From Verrucomicrobiota bacterium (GTDB taxonomy: Bacteria > Verrucomicrobiota > Verrucomicrobiia > Limisphaerales > UBA11358), in assembly GCA_049511835.1 (NCBI GenBank), contig JBEKXN010000013.1:1058-65057 (forward strand): 64,000 nucleotides of DNA, given 5' to 3'. The translations under genes were made by a program, and so were the position numbers. Position 1 is the stretch's first letter; every line of letters begins with the position of its first letter. Below the pieces are notes generated by a model that searched no databases, had not been told where the DNA came from, and saw only the letters and a list, made by a program, of their open reading frames with translations. Positions 60,832 through 64,000 of this stretch are shown one piece after another.

Positions 60832-63341
60832 ATGGCTAACGAACTTTATAGAACTTACGAAGTGCTCGTCGAAGAAAGCGTCCACACCGACCATCCCAAA
60901 AGGGCAACTGATAAAACCAAAAAGCCGTCGGTGTTCAATGCGGAAATTGACGGCGCGTTGCGGGACACTCACATGATTTTTCAAGATGCCGTGTGCTACA
61001 ACACGCTTTGCTTTGCTGGATTGGCTGGATTGGAGGTTCACCAAAGCGGAGAGCGCGAGGGCGAGTTGTTAACCGGCGCATGGAGCAGCGTGGATGCGCT
61101 GTGGTGTCCGCCGCTGGTTCTCGCTGGGGAGGAAAATCCCACAGACGCGACCAAACCGCGCGCGGGAAAAGAAAAAAAGAAATTGAGCGACCAGGCAGAA
61201 GTTAGCTTTTCCTTAATCGCGTCACCCTTGCCAGATGATTACTGGAATACGATAGCGGATGTGCCTTCACCAATGCAGGCCGAGCCAGTTCACCTTACCG
61301 TGTCATTTAAGATTGAGGGCGATGAAATAGCAAAGTTGCGCGCAGAGACAAAACAGTGGCTGTCCGGGTCACATCGTGGCTTTGCCAAAAAAGGTGAGAA
61401 AGACGCTGACAAACGCCGCCACTTTAATTGGCCGATTGACCGTGAAACGAGCAAATACGATTCAGGTGAATTGAACGAGAAAGCAAAAGTGCTTTGGTGT
61501 GGAAGCGGCAAGGCTGGTGACGAATGGAAAGGTTTTGCTCTGCGCCATGACAAAATAGCGTCTAGCAGCAAAAATGCCGTCTATTACGACTCCGACTTCC
61601 ACATTCTTTCCATTGACCTTGGGAATCGTTTTGCTGCCGCGTTTGCCCGGCTGCGAATCCATGCAGAACCGAATGGCGATGGACGCATCATTTCCGCCGA
61701 TGGATTCTCACCTGTCATCAAGGCAGACATCGTTCGGCAAGGAACGCTACGCTTGCAAGGAGAGAACGCGAAAGTCTGGCAGCATGTGCGGGAGGCGGAT
61801 GGAACGTGCAAAAAGGACTCGACCGAGAATTACGTTTATGTGCTAGAAGATGAAGAATATGGCAATCAGGGGCGCGGACGATTTCCCAAGGATGACGAAT
61901 ACAGCAAGTTTTCAAAACTCGCCGGGCAGTTAGCACCTGTTGAATCGTTATCCTTGAGCGGAAAAGAAAAAGAAACATATCCTGAACTTGCCGACCACTT
62001 GGTTTTCCGGCTCAAGCGGCGGATTGGCAGGCTTCGCACGTTGCTCAATCTTGTGTGGCGGCTTTGCGCGAAGCACGAACGGAATCAGCGCACTGGACAG
62101 CAAGGCAAGGAACGTGAAGAGTCGGACAGGCTGTTTCACCGGCGAATGACGGTTGAAACTTTGGCGCGCTCGTTAATCAGACCTCCACGTCAACTCGATG
62201 AAACAGAAGATCCCAAAGATTCAAGTCTTCGAGCGGTTCTCGCCGCCGATGAACACTGGGAAAAGCTGAAAGACGATGGATTACTGAAAAGCACGAAAGG
62301 CGCGGATGAAAAGAATCGCTGTCAGAAGCTAGAGGCGATGTTGAAAAGCGACACCGCTTGGAATTGGAATGCACTCGCAGAAGCGGTCAAAAAACAGATT
62401 GAGGAATACATGGAAGGCGTGCCGGGTGACGACGAGCGGCAACCGCTCGACAAACTGCTTGTCAAAGTGATTGAGTTTTGCCTGCCGCTGCGCGGTCGGC
62501 ATTGGGGCTGGAATCGTTCAAGCAAAGCCCGCCTCCATTGGGATAATAAAGACGACGAACACACGCCGCACATCATGGGAATGCGCGGACTTTCGATGAA
62601 GCGACTGGAACAAATCTCGAATCTCCGCCAGCGATGCCAAAGTTTTGCCAAGCTGGAGGATCGCTATCACGGCTCATTCAAGGCCAAGAACTACAACCCG
62701 CCAGAGACATCAAAAAGCTGGCGGCTGACTTCGAAGCTAACAAAACCTACACGGGCAAACTGGTGTTGGCTGTCGAAGGCGGAACGGATTTCGTGCCTGT
62801 TCTCGCGCCTCTCGGTGGGAAGGATACTTTCAATGCAGACATCACCGCAGCAGCGAACATCGGCTTGCGCGCAGTCGCGGACCCGCAACGTTGGGATATT
62901 TTTCCGCGCTTGCGCACGAAAAGGAAATCGGAAACCAAAGTCTCGGCAACGAATTGGCGCGGCTGGTTCGCTTCGTTTGAAAAGGAGGATGATAGACGTG
63001 TCCTGCTCGCTGCTGCTGACAAAACCGTGACACAAACTGCTGCCAATGAGATGCCCTCAAAAAAGAAAACAAAGAAAACCATCGCTAGCAGCGGAGGCAA
63101 TGATGCTGAAACAGCATCCAGTCAATCATCCGAATTCCCTCCCTTTTTTGTCGAACACCCAAAACATGATTGGTTGTTTGAAAATGACTGGCTCAAAAAA
63201 GAAGCCTTCAAGTTTAAGCAAGGCGACAAAGAACTTTTCGCATATCCCCAAGGTCGTTACCTGAAGCGGGTGGAGCAAGTTTGCTCTGAACGCATCAAGG
63301 CAATCAACCATGACCGCATCAATAAACCACCAAAGGCTTAA
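60832..63341 (+). pseudogene. cas12b: Cas12b (C2c1)-like type V effector, domain-reduced and frameshifted at an A5 run near 62712
   Basis: RuvC-I HILSIDLGNRFAAAFA (Asp codon 61615-61617), bridge helix LVFRLKRRIGRLRTLLNLVWRL, lid MRGLSMKRLEQISNLRQ. After a shift from the reading frame of 60832 to that of 62634: KKLAADF, LVLAVEGG (Glu codon 62775-62777), RuvC-III FNADITAAANIGLRAV (Asp codon 62838-62840) and a Cas12b-like tail FFVEHPKHDWLFENDWLKKEAF. Lies directly upstream of cas4. Confidence 0.8.
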
Positions 63342-63346
63342 CCGCC

Positions 63347-64000
63347 ATGAGCGAAGCGCCGATTCAAGTCAACGCCGGGCTGGAATCCCAGCCGGTGATG
63401 CCGGTGCGTCGTCTCAACAATTACGTTTATTGCCCGCGCCTGTTTTATTTCCAGTGGGTTGAAAACATTTTTCAGGAAAGCGCCGACACGGTCGCCGGTT
63501 CCCATGTCCATCGGAACGTGGACGCGCCCTCTCGTCTGGAAGAGGAAAAAACCAAAGCACTTTCCGATAGTCTTCCCGAAGGCGCAAAGCTCCGCAGTTT
63601 GCGATTGGAAAGCGAGGCGCTGGGCATTGTTGGCGTGATGGATTTGGTCGAAGGCGGACCGGATGGAGCGCAAATCGTGGATTACAAAAAAGGCTCCGCC
63701 CGTCGCACCAGCGAAGGTGAACGCGAAGCACGCGAGCCTGAATCCATTCAAGTCGGCGCGTATGCCCTGCTCTTGCAGGAACACGGCGTGAAAGTTTCGG
63801 GAGCTATAATTTACTATGCTGCGGACAAGCGGCGAGTACCGGTGGATATCGGCGAAGATTTATTGTCCAAAACTAAACAGGCCATAACCGACGCAAAAAC
63901 ATTGGCAGCTTCCGGCCACTGTCCGCCACCTCTAAAAAGCGACGCCCGCTGTCTGGGATGCTCCGCTTATCCCGTCTGTCTTCCCAATGAATCTGTCTGG
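63347..64000 (+). CDS. cas4: CRISPR-associated Cas4 nuclease, 5' part (open at window end; probably a Cas4-Cas1 fusion)
   Basis: NNYVYCPRLFYFQW N-terminal Cys motif, RecB-type VMDLVE…IVDYKKG, QVGAYALLL, and a C-terminal Cys cluster RCLGCSAYPVC. The ORF has no stop before position 64000. Confidence 0.9.
   Translation, partial: MSEAPIQVNAGLESQPVMPVRRLNNYVYCPRLFYFQWVENIFQESADTVAGSHVHRNVDAPSRLEEEKTKALSDSLPEGAKLRSLRLESEALGIVGVMDLVEGGPDGAQIVDYKKGSARRTSEGEREAREPESIQVGAYALLLQEHGVKVSGAIIYYAADKRRVPVDIGEDLLSKTKQAITDAKTLAASGHCPPPLKSDARCLGCSAYPVCLPNESVW

Noticed and set aside
62707-62720. Programmed -1 ribosomal frameshift at c-aaa-aag in the cas12b-like gene
   Set aside because: Only a partial slippery motif is present (no full X XXY YYZ heptamer). 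I see no obvious downstream stimulatory hairpin or upstream SD-like element. A homopolymer indel is the simpler explanation. It is kept as a finding for checking, not as a PRF claim.

Overview
High-GC bacterial chromosome segment. The standalone PSCyt1 cytochrome-c domain protein, a PEP-CTERM protein and many families of short palindromic repeats suggest Verrucomicrobiota or a related PVC-group organism (inference only). Most of the window is housekeeping: sucC/sucD, gltA, cysS, tmk, the plsC-cmk-aroA-tyrA block, dnaG, cvpA, clpB, sppA, upp, a pepP-like peptidase, rpoD and apt. Accessory patches that look more AT-rich by eye (not computed) sit between these. They include (i) a secreted-protein cluster at 17.5-25.1 kb, (ii) a DUF11 protein plus outer-membrane barrel pair at 31-33.7 kb, and (iii) rearranged regions at 38-41 kb and 44.5-51.2 kb flanked by gene fragments and long direct repeats. 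At 59.2-64 kb lies a CRISPR-Cas type V-B-like module. It has a Cas12b homologue of about 835 aa that lacks most of REC1 and the RuvC-II/Nuc-I region and carries a frameshift at an A5 run. Upstream are a second orphan Cas12b-like N-terminal fragment and a five-repeat Myb/SANT-like protein bracketed by about 150-190 bp direct repeats. Downstream is cas4, probably the start of a cas4-cas1 fusion, which runs off the window. No CRISPR array, tRNA or rRNA was seen. A recurring feature is that REP/MITE-like palindromes are inserted in frame into essential genes (cysS, aroA, dnaG, clpB). All identities and GC statements are by-eye estimates.
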